From Candidatus Omnitrophota bacterium (GTDB lineage Bacteria; Omnitrophota; Gorgyraeia; 2-02-FULL-51-18), in assembly GCA_945877765.1 (NCBI GenBank), contig CAMDWQ010000003.1:52168-116167 (forward strand): a stretch of 64,000 nucleotides of DNA, in the 5' to 3' direction. Positions 1 to 8,979 of the stretch are shown piece after piece. How positions within the stretch are numbered: position 1 is the stretch's first letter; each line of letters opens with the position of its first letter. The translations under genes and the position numbers were made by a program. The notes under the pieces were generated by a model. That model had not been told where the DNA came from. It did no database searches and saw nothing but the letters and a program-made list of their open reading frames with translations.

Positions 1-1989
1 CTTATCCCCAGCGACCCCCAAGACACCATCAAATCCGGCGCGTCCGCGCGCGGGCAGGCTGGCAAACCCTTCTTGGAATTGACGCGCCGTCGGCGATCCA
101 TCGGCGATGGCTCTCAACGTCTGAATCTGTAAAGTCCTCAGCGTATTCACCGAAGAAATCATTTTGGGAGCTTTTTGACCCAGAAGAATCTCGCCCTGGT
201 CCAAAAGAATCTTCTCGTACCTCGCTTGATTGGTTTCCTGGAGGACTTGGGGTGTCAGAGACACGAAAGAAATATTTTTATTTTTGAGCAGGCTCTTAAG
301 GTTTGTGGTGTGGAAGCCTCCAGTGATTAACACAGCAACATTGGATTGAGGATTGAGGACGGAAGGCGGATGGAGGATTGAGGATGGAGGATTGAGGGTG
401 GTGGATGGGACGTTTCCTCGATCCTCAACCCTCGATCCTCGATCCATTCCTCCATCCTCCATCCTCCATCCTCCATCCATTCTTTTGAGTGCTTCATCCA
501 CGAAATGCACGTCTCTCGTATAGGTGAGGCGGTAAAAGTCCTCAGCTTTTTGGACCATGGGGTCATAGCCCTTTTCAAGGAAGACGACGCGCTCGTAATA
601 GGTCTTAAGGTCCATGATCTTCTTATTAAGAAAGCCGGTCAGATGCGTGATTGTAAACCCTTGGGTCAGGACCTGGTAATCGGCGTACTCTTCGGGTGTC
701 AATTGTAGCTTGAAAAGTTTCGTCAGAAGGTACACGGTCTCTTGGGATTTGTGGAGAAGTCTCTCATCCTGTGTCAGGGTCAACTTTGAAAAAATCTCTG
801 ATTCTAGGGACTTTAGTTCCTTTAATATTCCTTGAGGGTTTATGGACTTGGCTTCTTTAAGATAGTCGAAATACTTAAAAAGCTCTGGGTAACCTCTGTT
901 GTTGCGGATAACGGTTTGATCCCCGATTAAAGATTTCGGGGATGACATGGGGTTTAATTTTTCCTCCAAAAAGGTGTAAAACGCTTTGCCTTCTTTGTGT
1001 TCTTGGCTGGAAAGTTTAAAGGGGGTTCTTTGGTCTTTGGCTAGCTCCGCAAACTCTTTCTGGTCTTCGGGGGAAAGAGACTGAATCGCCAATGCCTGCT
1101 CTTCGTTGGCTTTCTGGAAATTGATTTGAGATTCTTTAGTTTTTAATTTATCCAACGTCTTAAGATGGGGGAAAAGATTTAGATCGATAGTCAATCTTTG
1201 GGCGCTGGTTTTGAGATTTTCAAAGTGGTCGGTAAGAGAGACTTGGTCTTTTCTGTATTTGACCGACGCCGCGTCAAAGGATAAAAGAAATTGATTATAA
1301 ATTCTGGGCTTCAACGTATCGATGGTGCTTTGGATTTTCTGGAGGTAGCTTTCAAACGTCTCTCTTTGCTTGGCGACCCCTTTGTAATCCTCGAGTGCTT
1401 TTTTGTAGAGATCCATGTCCTCCACGCCCCAAATCGTGAAATCGTGCTTGGAGGTCAGGTCTAGGTATTCTTCCCCGTGGAGTTCGCCGTTTCTTAAAAA
1501 AGACTCGGCGATTCTTTTTCTTTCTTCAAGGGTGCCGCGGTTTCTAAAGGCAGAGAGAGAATTGTTTCCGACGCCCGCTTCAACAAAAATAGTTTGAAGC
1601 GCCGGTTGATTTGTAAGAAGAATGTCCAAGGTCTTGGCTAGATTAAATTGCCCGGAGGTATTGGTGTGGGCGTCCTGGATGAGGTAAATAGTTTTACCGG
1701 GTCCTGTCACCTGCGGGACTCCGCTGTGCTCGTGTAAATTTTCACTCCGCGCAGCGGAGGCCTCCCCTCCGGCGCCACCCGGAAAAACTATTTTTCCTTT
1801 AATGGTGGAGGAAAACCAGGAGTCTTCTATCGTCGCAATGGATTCTGGAATGCCGAGGTCTATTTTGGGTTTGGCAAAAATATCCAGTTTGACGGCTTTA
1901 AAGTCAGGGTTGGCAAAGGCCACCTGCTCCCACAAAAGCGTTTGGATGAGAATAAAAGAAAGTGTTTTAAAAGGGGCTCTGTGTCGTTT
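1..1989 (-). CDS. Partial (3' end outside window) large secreted hypothetical protein, >=663 aa. It has an N-terminal signal peptide (MKRHRAPFKTLSFILIQTLLWEQVAFA) and an internal low-complexity insert encoded by a DNA palindrome.
   Basis: Manual translation of the minus strand from the ATG at 1989 is uninterrupted down to position 1. It is absent from the ORF track only because its stop lies outside the window. No recognisable catalytic family. Confidence 0.75.
340..480. repeat. Long imperfect palindrome built from GGAGGATTGAGGATGG-type short tandem units, inside the coding region of gene 1..1989
   Basis: Left arm: ggattgaggacggaaggcggatggaggattgaggatggaggattgagggtgg. Right arm: cctcaaccctcgatcctcgatccattcctccatcctccatcctccatcctccatcc. 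Confidence 0.7.
915..946. repeat. Single REP-like hairpin (family 1) embedded in-frame in the coding sequence of the partial gene 1..1989
   Basis: gtttgatccccgattaaagatttcggggatgac, translated on the minus strand as MSSPKSLIGDQT. Confidence 0.65.
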
Positions 1990-2101
1990 CATTCTGGAAA
2001 GTTTACATTCTATATTCTGATTATTCAATGAGTTGTGGAAATTTAGTTCTATAATCTTTTATTAAATCTTTAGCATTTACATACTCTATTATCACTCGCA
2101 T

Positions 2102-2171
2102 GTCATTTCCGAAGGCATTAATCGGGAATCAAACGAGGGTATGATCCCCGATAAAAGATTTCGGGGATGAC
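2102..2171. repeat. REP-like hairpin doublet (family 1), consensus GTCATYCCCGA-N8-9-TCGGGRATSA; first of several copies
   Basis: gtcatttccgaaggcattaatcgggaatcaaac + gagggt + atgatccccgataaaagatttcggggatgac. The second hairpin overlaps the stop of ORF 2129..2959. Confidence 0.75.
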
Positions 2172-2959
2172 ACGGGGGTGGCAAGGACCCCATTAACGGG
2201 CCCGAAGGGGGTCTTAAACTGAACCCACACCGGGACGCGGCGGGGATCGGCGGTGAAATAGACCCACACGCGTCCTCGGCTAAAAAATACGCCTTTGAGG
2301 CTAGATTTGGGCTCCACGTAAAAAGTATCCACCAAACCGAAGCCGCGTATCGCTTTGGTCTGGGTGCCCAGCACCCGTATCTCGGCGTCCCAATTTTTTT
2401 CCTCGCTGTTGACAAGTGTCTTCGCGGAGCCTCCCACCGACACGGGTTGCAGTCTAAACCAGTAAAACGCACTCACGATATCGTGTATCGCACCGGGAAT
2501 CTCAAACTCTTTGCGCGTCCCATTTTTATACGAGTGGTAAGTCCCTCTTTTCTCCTGAGGGTAAAACTCGATCTCTTCATCCGCGCGGTAGCGGCCCTCG
2601 CTTAAGATTTTTCTAAATTTGAGCGAATGAAAATTTTCGGCGTCAATCCAACTGTGTATTTGGTCATGCACTGGATAGAGTTTTGAGAGAAAATCATTGG
2701 TTCTAGCCTCTGCGGTCACGTGATACGTTGGACGGCCGCGGATTATTTCCATTTCCTTAATTTCAATCTCGCCGTAGCCAACGTTTACCCCCATCCACGA
2801 GACTTCAAAACGGAGCTTTTCTCCAACGGTAAAAAAAGCGTTTGGTTTTTCAATTAAGATTGGGTTGGGCTTGCTGTCTTTTTTTGGAGAAAAGTTAGTC
2901 TGGGCGAAAGCTTGGGAGAGAAAGCAGAGCGAGAAGAAAACGAGAATAAATTTTTTCAT
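2129..2959 (-). CDS. Secreted hypothetical protein (signal peptide MKKFILVFFSLCFLSQAFA), possibly a DUF3108-like beta-rich protein.
   Basis: 276-aa ORF with a clear Sec signal. The C-terminal 13 aa (SSPKSFIGDHTLV) are encoded by a REP-like hairpin repeat. Confidence 0.6.
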   Translation of the reverse strand: MKKFILVFFSLCFLSQAFAQTNFSPKKDSKPNPILIEKPNAFFTVGEKLRFEVSWMGVNVGYGEIEIKEMEIIRGRPTYHVTAEARTNDFLSKLYPVHDQIHSWIDAENFHSLKFRKILSEGRYRADEEIEFYPQEKRGTYHSYKNGTRKEFEIPGAIHDIVSAFYWFRLQPVSVGGSAKTLVNSEEKNWDAEIRVLGTQTKAIRGFGLVDTFYVEPKSSLKGVFFSRGRVWVYFTADPRRVPVWVQFKTPFGPVNGVLATPVSSPKSFIGDHTLV

Positions 2960-2970
2960 TTAAAAATACC

Positions 2971-3035
2971 GTCATCCCCGAATGTATTAATCGGGGATCA
3001 TGTCTAGGTTTGATTCCCGCTTGCGCGGGAATGAC
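2971..3035. repeat. REP-like hairpin doublet (family 1)
   Basis: gtcatccccgaatgtattaatcggggatcat + gtctaggtt + tgattcccgcttgcgcgggaatgac, between ORF 2129..2959 and the tandem GT9 gene. Confidence 0.75.
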
Positions 3036-5055
3036 ACAAAGTGTTGGTCATTGATTTGAAAGTCTCCCACACCTCTTCAACACTCACCGCTTTAAGACAT
3101 TCAAAATCAATCGTGCACTCATGCGCCAGACAAACCACACAACCCACATCCTTTTGAATCACCCCGTGGCCCTGCCCCAAAGCTCTCCACCGCACCACCC
3201 CAAGCCCAGGCGAACTCCTGCCAAAAATCGTGAGCGTCCTCGTCCCGACCGCGGATGCCACATGAACAGGGCCTGAATCATTGGAGACAAGCAATTGGCA
3301 TCCGGAAAGAAAACGCGCCAGCTCCTTAAGGCTTAGGCGGTCGGTTAAATTTTCTGTCTGGCCCCCAATTTCACGGGTCAGGTACTCCCCTAATTCTTTT
3401 TCTTCCCGCCCTCCGATGATCACGATCGATGTCGCCGGGTATTGTTCGCGAATTTTACGGCCCAAGGCGGCAAATTTTTCCCGAGGCCAGCGCTTGGAAG
3501 GACAGCTGGCACCGGCGTGAAGCGCAATGATGTTTTTTTCCGGGGGATTGGGGTTACGGCAGTGTTGAAGCATCCCCGTGTAGGAATCGGCGCGATGCGC
3601 CTCGATACCAAACGCCCGCACCACATCCAGAGTGTACTCGGCTTCATGCTTAGCCCCTTCGGACCTCCGGTCGGCAATGGAATGCGTCAATAAAAAACCG
3701 GGCCGTCTTTTAAAGCCCACCCGATAAGGAATCCCCGCAAAAAATGGCACTAGATACGACCGCAAACTGGGATTTAAAATAAAAACGACGTCGAATTTGT
3801 GGCGAATGATTTCGTAAATAAAGCGAAAATTTCCCAGAATGCCGTGATGCCGCCCCCCGCGCTCATAAAAATAAGGTAGAACCTTATTGACCGCCGGATG
3901 GCCCTCGACCAAAGGCGCCGTCGCCGGCCTTGTCATCACGGAAATGGACGCATTGGGAAAGCGGTCCCGAATAGCCTGCATCGCCGGAAGTGACAGCACC
4001 ACATCGCCGATCCGATCCAGGCGAATAACCAGCACCTTAAAATTCTTCCGGTCAATCGTGTCATTTAAAATCGCCAGTGCTTTTTGGTGGACCTCGTCAA
4101 CACCCAGCTCTTTCATGCACTCGTGCTTATAGCGGCACTGCGCTTTTTCGCATGGCGAACAAAAAACCAGGCGCCTTGCCACACTGCTATTGCGATAACG
4201 CGGACCATATTTCTTGGGGTCAGTGGGTCCAAAAATTGCCAGCACCGGGCGGCGCAGTGCATCGGCGATGTGAAGCGGTGCACTGTCATTGGTAATGACA
4301 AGATCTGCTTTTTGGACTATAGACAGAAGTTCCATAAAATTGCTTCGACCGCACACATTTTCCGGCTTGGATTTCATTAGCGCTGCTACTTTGGCAGCAT
4401 CCACGGCGTCGTTTTTATCTCCGATCAATACAATCCTGCAATTTTCTTCCTCTGCCAAACGGTCCAAAAGCTTGGCGTAATACTCCACGGGCCATTTTTT
4501 GATATCGCTCTTGGATCCAGGTGCTGCCAGGATAATCCGCTGCCCGGCATCCTGAGCCTGCCGGATAAAAGGAAATAGCTCGCTCCCCTCTCCCGTGGCC
4601 CGCTCCCATAAATAAGAGCGTGTGTGATGAATGGGGAGCAATTTCTTTAAAACATAAAGATGCCGTAATACACGGTGGGAACGTTTTCCGGGCAAAATAG
4701 AGAAGTACGAATTGCGGTAGCGCGCACCCCCCAACAAGCCAAAAAGAGAACGACGCAAATCCAGAATCAAATCATACTTCTGGGCCCGAATCTCCCGAAG
4801 CATTTCCCACTTTTGCGAAAGAGTGGCTTTTTTATCGTATAAAATGACGCGTCTTAAGCGCTCGTCCCCTTCAAAAACATCGCGGCCGCCGCTACCGACA
4901 ATCACGTCCACCGATGCCGATGGGCACGCTTCCCGCACCAGCCCAAACACCGGCAGTGTCATTACCACATCGCCTAAATTGGAAAGCGTCACAATGAGTA
5001 TTTTTTTTATTTTGGCGGGGTTTTTGGTTTTCATGTCGGCTCCAAGAATTGGCAA
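3004..5055 (-). CDS. Tandem double-domain GT9 glycosyltransferase (two complete ADP-heptose:LPS heptosyltransferase-like domains in one polypeptide)
   Basis: Two repeats of the GT9 N-terminal signature: KKILIVTLSNLGDVVMTLP and FKVLVIRLDRIGDVVLSLPAMQAIRDRFP. Both are followed by the C-terminal SNDSGPxHxA motif. Confidence 0.8.
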   Translation of the reverse strand: MPILGADMKTKNPAKIKKILIVTLSNLGDVVMTLPVFGLVREACPSASVDVIVGSGGRDVFEGDERLRRVILYDKKATLSQKWEMLREIRAQKYDLILDLRRSLFGLLGGARYRNSYFSILPGKRSHRVLRHLYVLKKLLPIHHTRSYLWERATGEGSELFPFIRQAQDAGQRIILAAPGSKSDIKKWPVEYYAKLLDRLAEEENCRIVLIGDKNDAVDAAKVAALMKSKPENVCGRSNFMELLSIVQKADLVITNDSAPLHIADALRRPVLAIFGPTDPKKYGPRYRNSSVARRLVFCSPCEKAQCRYKHECMKELGVDEVHQKALAILNDTIDRKNFKVLVIRLDRIGDVVLSLPAMQAIRDRFPNASISVMTRPATAPLVEGHPAVNKVLPYFYERGGRHHGILGNFRFIYEIIRHKFDVVFILNPSLRSYLVPFFAGIPYRVGFKRRPGFLLTHSIADRRSEGAKHEAEYTLDVVRAFGIEAHRADSYTGMLQHCRNPNPPEKNIIALHAGASCPSKRWPREKFAALGRKIREQYPATSIVIIGGREEKELGEYLTREIGGQTENLTDRLSLKELARFLSGCQLLVSNDSGPVHVASAVGTRTLTIFGRSSPGLGVVRWRALGQGHGVIQKDVGCVVCLAHECTIDFECLKAVSVEEVWETFKSMTNTLCHSRASGNQT

Positions 5056-6056
5056 GTAGCCAAAAAGACATCCTTAGGCAAAAGAAAATCCATGCACACA
5101 CGGTAATTGCAAGTATGGAAATAGCAGGGCACACGGCAGCCGACATCCTTTTGAAGAATCATTACCGGTGCTTCCGAGACAGGCCCTGTTTCCAGCGGAG
5201 ACGTCGGGCCAAATAATCCAATAATTTTTGTTTTTTGGCTGGCTGCCAAATGAATGGGCCCCGAATCATTGGACAGAAGAAAGCGTGAGCCTGCAAGAAG
5301 AAGCGCGAGCGAATCAAAAGAGGTTTTACCGCACAGAGAAATCACTCCACCGTCTGTCGAAAATTTAGATAAAATCTTGTCCACAACCCCCTGCTCACTG
5401 CTGGTCCCGCAGAGGATGACTTTCCACGGATACTTTTCCCTAAAAAAATAGATCCACTGTGAAAAATATTCGGCGGGCCATCGCTTGAGATTCCAGTTAC
5501 CTCCTGCGTGGACAACCACGTAAGGCTGGGAAGGCAGCACACCAGCCTCCTGCATCAACTTGGCAAACTCATCTGCCGCTGACGGTTTAGGAAAAAATTC
5601 GGGAATGCGGCCGCCGGGAAAAATTCCCAATCGATCCACCAGATACAGAAAATAATCAATTCGATGCAGTCGTTCTTTGGAGGGCTCGATCGCGCGGCTT
5701 AAGAGAGGTGAGCGTCCGGGCGCTGCATATCCCCATCGCTCCCGAACATCCGCAAGACGAGTCAACCACATCTTTGTTTTTGAGCGGTGAAAAAAAATGG
5801 CCGTATCAAATTGCTTTGCCCGCAGCAAAGAAACCATCCTCCAAAACTTCGGCGAAAAAAAAGATAGTCGATCTTCACACACAATAATTTCGTTAATGCT
5901 GGGGTTGTACTTGAGCGCTACTTCTGCGCGGGGTGCGACCAAACAAGCAATGTGAGCTGTGGGATATTTTTTTCGTACCGCGCGAATAGCCGGAGTGGCG
6001 AACAAAACATCCCCCAGCCAGTTTTGCTGCACCAGAAGGATTCTAGTCGTTGCCAT
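5031..6056 (-). CDS. GT9 family LPS heptosyltransferase (WaaF/WaaC-like)
   Basis: ILLVQQNWLGDVLFATPAIRAVRKKYP ... LLSNDSGPIHLAA motifs; 341 aa. Confidence 0.8.
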   Translation of the reverse strand: MATTRILLVQQNWLGDVLFATPAIRAVRKKYPTAHIACLVAPRAEVALKYNPSINEIIVCEDRLSFFSPKFWRMVSLLRAKQFDTAIFFHRSKTKMWLTRLADVRERWGYAAPGRSPLLSRAIEPSKERLHRIDYFLYLVDRLGIFPGGRIPEFFPKPSAADEFAKLMQEAGVLPSQPYVVVHAGGNWNLKRWPAEYFSQWIYFFREKYPWKVILCGTSSEQGVVDKILSKFSTDGGVISLCGKTSFDSLALLLAGSRFLLSNDSGPIHLAASQKTKIIGLFGPTSPLETGPVSEAPVMILQKDVGCRVPCYFHTCNYRVCMDFLLPKDVFLATCQFLEPT

Positions 6057-6819
6057 ACTTGGCCTTGACGCGTTTCTTTCCTAGATGATAAAAACCGGTT
6101 GTTTTAAGCCAAAAATTAAAAAGATTTCCGCGGGCGTCGCTAATCTTTACACGGTGAATCGCATAAGGATCTAATGGACGGCTGGCATAGTTAGTGGTCA
6201 CCGCACCCTCAAAACCGGCATTTTCAACCGCACGATTGATGGGGAATGTCATCCCCCCTGCCGGATAACTAAACAAAGTGACGGGATGCCCCAAAATCTC
6301 CTCAAGTTGACGCTTTGAATCAACGATTTCTTTTTGCGCTTGGGCCGGCAGAAGCTCAGGCAAAAACTGATGGGTAACGGTGTGACTGCCAATGGCGATA
6401 TCAGAACCGCCCAAAATCCTCAAATCTTCCTCCGAAAGCCAATCCTCTTTCCCGATATTACCGCTGATCATAAAGATGGTCGCGGGAAAACCCATTTTTT
6501 TTAAAACAGGGAAGGCGTTTTTAAAATTGTCTAGATACCCGTCATCGAAGGTGATAACGACTGAATTCATCGGGATAGGCTCCTGCGCTTTCATTTTACG
6601 GATAAGTTCGGCGAGGGGTATTACCTCCATCCTGTGCGCTTTTAAAAATTCCATCTGTCTGTGAAAATTTTCAGGCGTCACAAAAAGACCGTGATTATTA
6701 TCAGGGGATCCCACGCGGTGATACATCAAAACCGGAGGCTCGTACAAGGACCGCGCAATCGACGGCAAGGCGGCAAAAAAAACAAGAACAAGCGCAATAG
6801 TCAGAATATTTTTTTTCAT
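6043..6819 (-). CDS. Polysaccharide deacetylase (NodB-homology) family protein, secreted
   Basis: Signal peptide; VLMYHRV ... ITFDDGY ... HTVTHQ motifs typical of the CE4 family. Confidence 0.8.
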   Translation of the reverse strand: MKKNILTIALVLVFFAALPSIARSLYEPPVLMYHRVGSPDNNHGLFVTPENFHRQMEFLKAHRMEVIPLAELIRKMKAQEPIPMNSVVITFDDGYLDNFKNAFPVLKKMGFPATIFMISGNIGKEDWLSEEDLRILGGSDIAIGSHTVTHQFLPELLPAQAQKEIVDSKRQLEEILGHPVTLFSYPAGGMTFPINRAVENAGFEGAVTTNYASRPLDPYAIHRVKISDARGNLFNFWLKTTGFYHLGKKRVKAKYGND

Positions 6820-6834
6820 AAAAATACCAACTCC

Positions 6835-8979
6835 TTAGACACCCAGCTCTTTAAGTTTTTCAGAGGTCTGGCGGTCGGGCAGTGAACCTACCGACTTTTC
6901 ATTGGCAAAAAAAAGCGTTGAATCCAGTATTTCCTGGACTGTAATTTTTTTCATGCAAGGATGCCCAATGGGACAGCTGCGCAAATAACAAGGGCTGCAT
7001 TGAAGCTCTTTCCAGAATACCTGATAACGCAAAGGTGCGACCAAATGCCTTCGGGGATCTGTGGGTCCAAAAATCGCTATCAATGGCACCCCCACACTTG
7101 CCGCTATATGCATGGGTGCCGAATCAGAACTGATAAATACCTGGCATCGCCGCACCAGGGACACCAACTCACTGATCGACGTTTTTGCCACCGCATTAAT
7201 CGGTTTGTTTCTCGTCAAGCTGAATAGTTCCTCCGCCATCGGGATATCTTCGGCAGATCCGGTAATCACCACGCGAATATTGCGCTTGGCTAGCTCATCG
7301 CAAAGTTTCGCAAAATTTTCAACGGGCCACTGCTTCGTTGGCCAGCGCAGTGAAGAACCGGGGTTTATTCCCACTAATGTCTGACTTGGCGATACCCACT
7401 GAGATTCCAAAAACAAGCGGATGCGCTCGTCTTCCTCTTTCTGAGTCCACATTTCAAGACGCCGGTCCAAATGCTCGACCCCGACCAGTTTGAGTACCTG
7501 AAACTGATGCTCCAACGCCCCTAATCCCGGCGGCGAATCTTTCGTCTTTCGATTTAGAAAAAAAGCCCATTTCCTATTGTCATGTCCCGCCCGCAGTCGT
7601 GCCCCGGAACAAAAGGCTAGTAGATGGCTGATGCGGTTGTTTTGAAGATCCACCACCATATCAAAATCCTCATCCGACAAAAGACGCGTCATCTTCCACA
7701 GGGCCCTCATTTTATTTTTCCCAGGCATATCAAAAACAATGGTGTCATTGATGTAAGGGCAATTGCGGATAATGTTCCGTGCTTTTCTGCCAACGAGCAC
7801 CGAAAGATGGCTATTCGGAAACTTCTCCCGCAGAGCTCGTAAGGAAGGTAGGCTCAAAATGACATCCCCCAAAGCGCTAAGCTTAATCACCAAAATCTTT
7901 TTTTTGGCAACGGCCTCTTCGTAGACTTTTAAAGTTTTCTGAAACATTAGATCCAAATGAAATTCTTTATCCACTCTTGCTTTAAGAGAAAGCGCGCATT
8001 GCCGTGCAAACGCCGGATCCTTAAGATAGCGAAATACCGCATCCGCCAAAATCCTGGGGTCGTCGGGGGGAACCAAAAGACCGTCTCTTTCATGCTCCAA
8101 GATATCCACCAAACCGCCCATCCGCGTCGTCACCACCGGCACACCGGCAGCCCCCGCTTCGATTACCACTCTCCCAAAAGCCTCCTCGCCGACCGAAGGT
8201 GCCACTAAAATTGTCATTTTTGATAGCAGTTCGGCAATGTCATAACGGGTGCCAAGAAATTCAACTGCCTGCGACAAACCCAGATGCTTTACCAAAGAAA
8301 GCAGCTCGTCCTTGTACTGCGGTTTAGGCGCGTCTCCAATAATCTGAATTTTTACATGGGGATAGACACGCGAAACACGCGCCATGGCCTTAAGAAATAA
8401 CGGGTGCCCTTTAATCGGCGTCAACCGGCCGATGAGTCCGATGACAATATTTTTTGAAAAAACATCATCCGGTCTCTCATTAAATTTAAATTCATCCAAG
8501 TTAACACCGCGGGGGATCAGGCGAATTCTCGAATGCGGCACTCCAAAATCATCACGCATTCTTTTGCCGATAATATGACTGGCGACAATCACCAGCTTTC
8601 CCCACCCCATCACTCGGCTTAAAAGATGTTTGGAATAAAAACCGTGGCAGGTTGTCACTAGCGGAACATTCGTCCGGCGGCTGACAAAAAAAGCAATGAG
8701 TGCCGGGACTCGGCTTCGCGCATGAAGGACGTCAATTTTTTCAAGAACGACAATTTTGGAAAGCTCTCGAATGGCAACCAAGACAGAAAAAATATTTTTT
8801 TTGTGAACTGGGAGTGCGTAGTGTTTCACCCCCGCCGAAGTCAAATCCCCGACCATCGCGCCCCCAGCAGACACCACCACGGCACGGTGGCCGTTTTTCT
8901 GGAGATAACACGCCAAGTCGACAGTACCGCGCTCAACACCGCCCGACTGAAGTTCGGGTAAAATCTGAAGAATGTTCAT
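6835..8979 (-). CDS. Fusion glycosyltransferase: N-terminal GT4 (group 1) domain plus C-terminal GT9 heptosyltransferase domain
   Basis: N-terminal GT4 motifs (GGVERGTVDL, EEAFGRVVIEAGAAGVPVVTT); C-terminal GT9 motifs (KKILVIKLSALGDVILSLPSLRALREKFP ... ISSDSAPMHIAA). Confidence 0.8.
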   Translation of the reverse strand: MNILQILPELQSGGVERGTVDLACYLQKNGHRAVVVSAGGAMVGDLTSAGVKHYALPVHKKNIFSVLVAIRELSKIVVLEKIDVLHARSRVPALIAFFVSRRTNVPLVTTCHGFYSKHLLSRVMGWGKLVIVASHIIGKRMRDDFGVPHSRIRLIPRGVNLDEFKFNERPDDVFSKNIVIGLIGRLTPIKGHPLFLKAMARVSRVYPHVKIQIIGDAPKPQYKDELLSLVKHLGLSQAVEFLGTRYDIAELLSKMTILVAPSVGEEAFGRVVIEAGAAGVPVVTTRMGGLVDILEHERDGLLVPPDDPRILADAVFRYLKDPAFARQCALSLKARVDKEFHLDLMFQKTLKVYEEAVAKKKILVIKLSALGDVILSLPSLRALREKFPNSHLSVLVGRKARNIIRNCPYINDTIVFDMPGKNKMRALWKMTRLLSDEDFDMVVDLQNNRISHLLAFCSGARLRAGHDNRKWAFFLNRKTKDSPPGLGALEHQFQVLKLVGVEHLDRRLEMWTQKEEDERIRLFLESQWVSPSQTLVGINPGSSLRWPTKQWPVENFAKLCDELAKRNIRVVITGSAEDIPMAEELFSLTRNKPINAVAKTSISELVSLVRRCQVFISSDSAPMHIAASVGVPLIAIFGPTDPRRHLVAPLRYQVFWKELQCSPCYLRSCPIGHPCMKKITVQEILDSTLFFANEKSVGSLPDRQTSEKLKELGV

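Noticed and set aside
3281-5059. Multiple 60 to 100-aa plus-strand ORFs antisense to the heptosyltransferase and other large minus-strand genes (also found throughout the window)
   Set aside because: They are fully nested antisense to well-supported genes, with no RBS, conservation signal or protein-like motifs. This is typical shadow-ORF noise in ~50% GC DNA.
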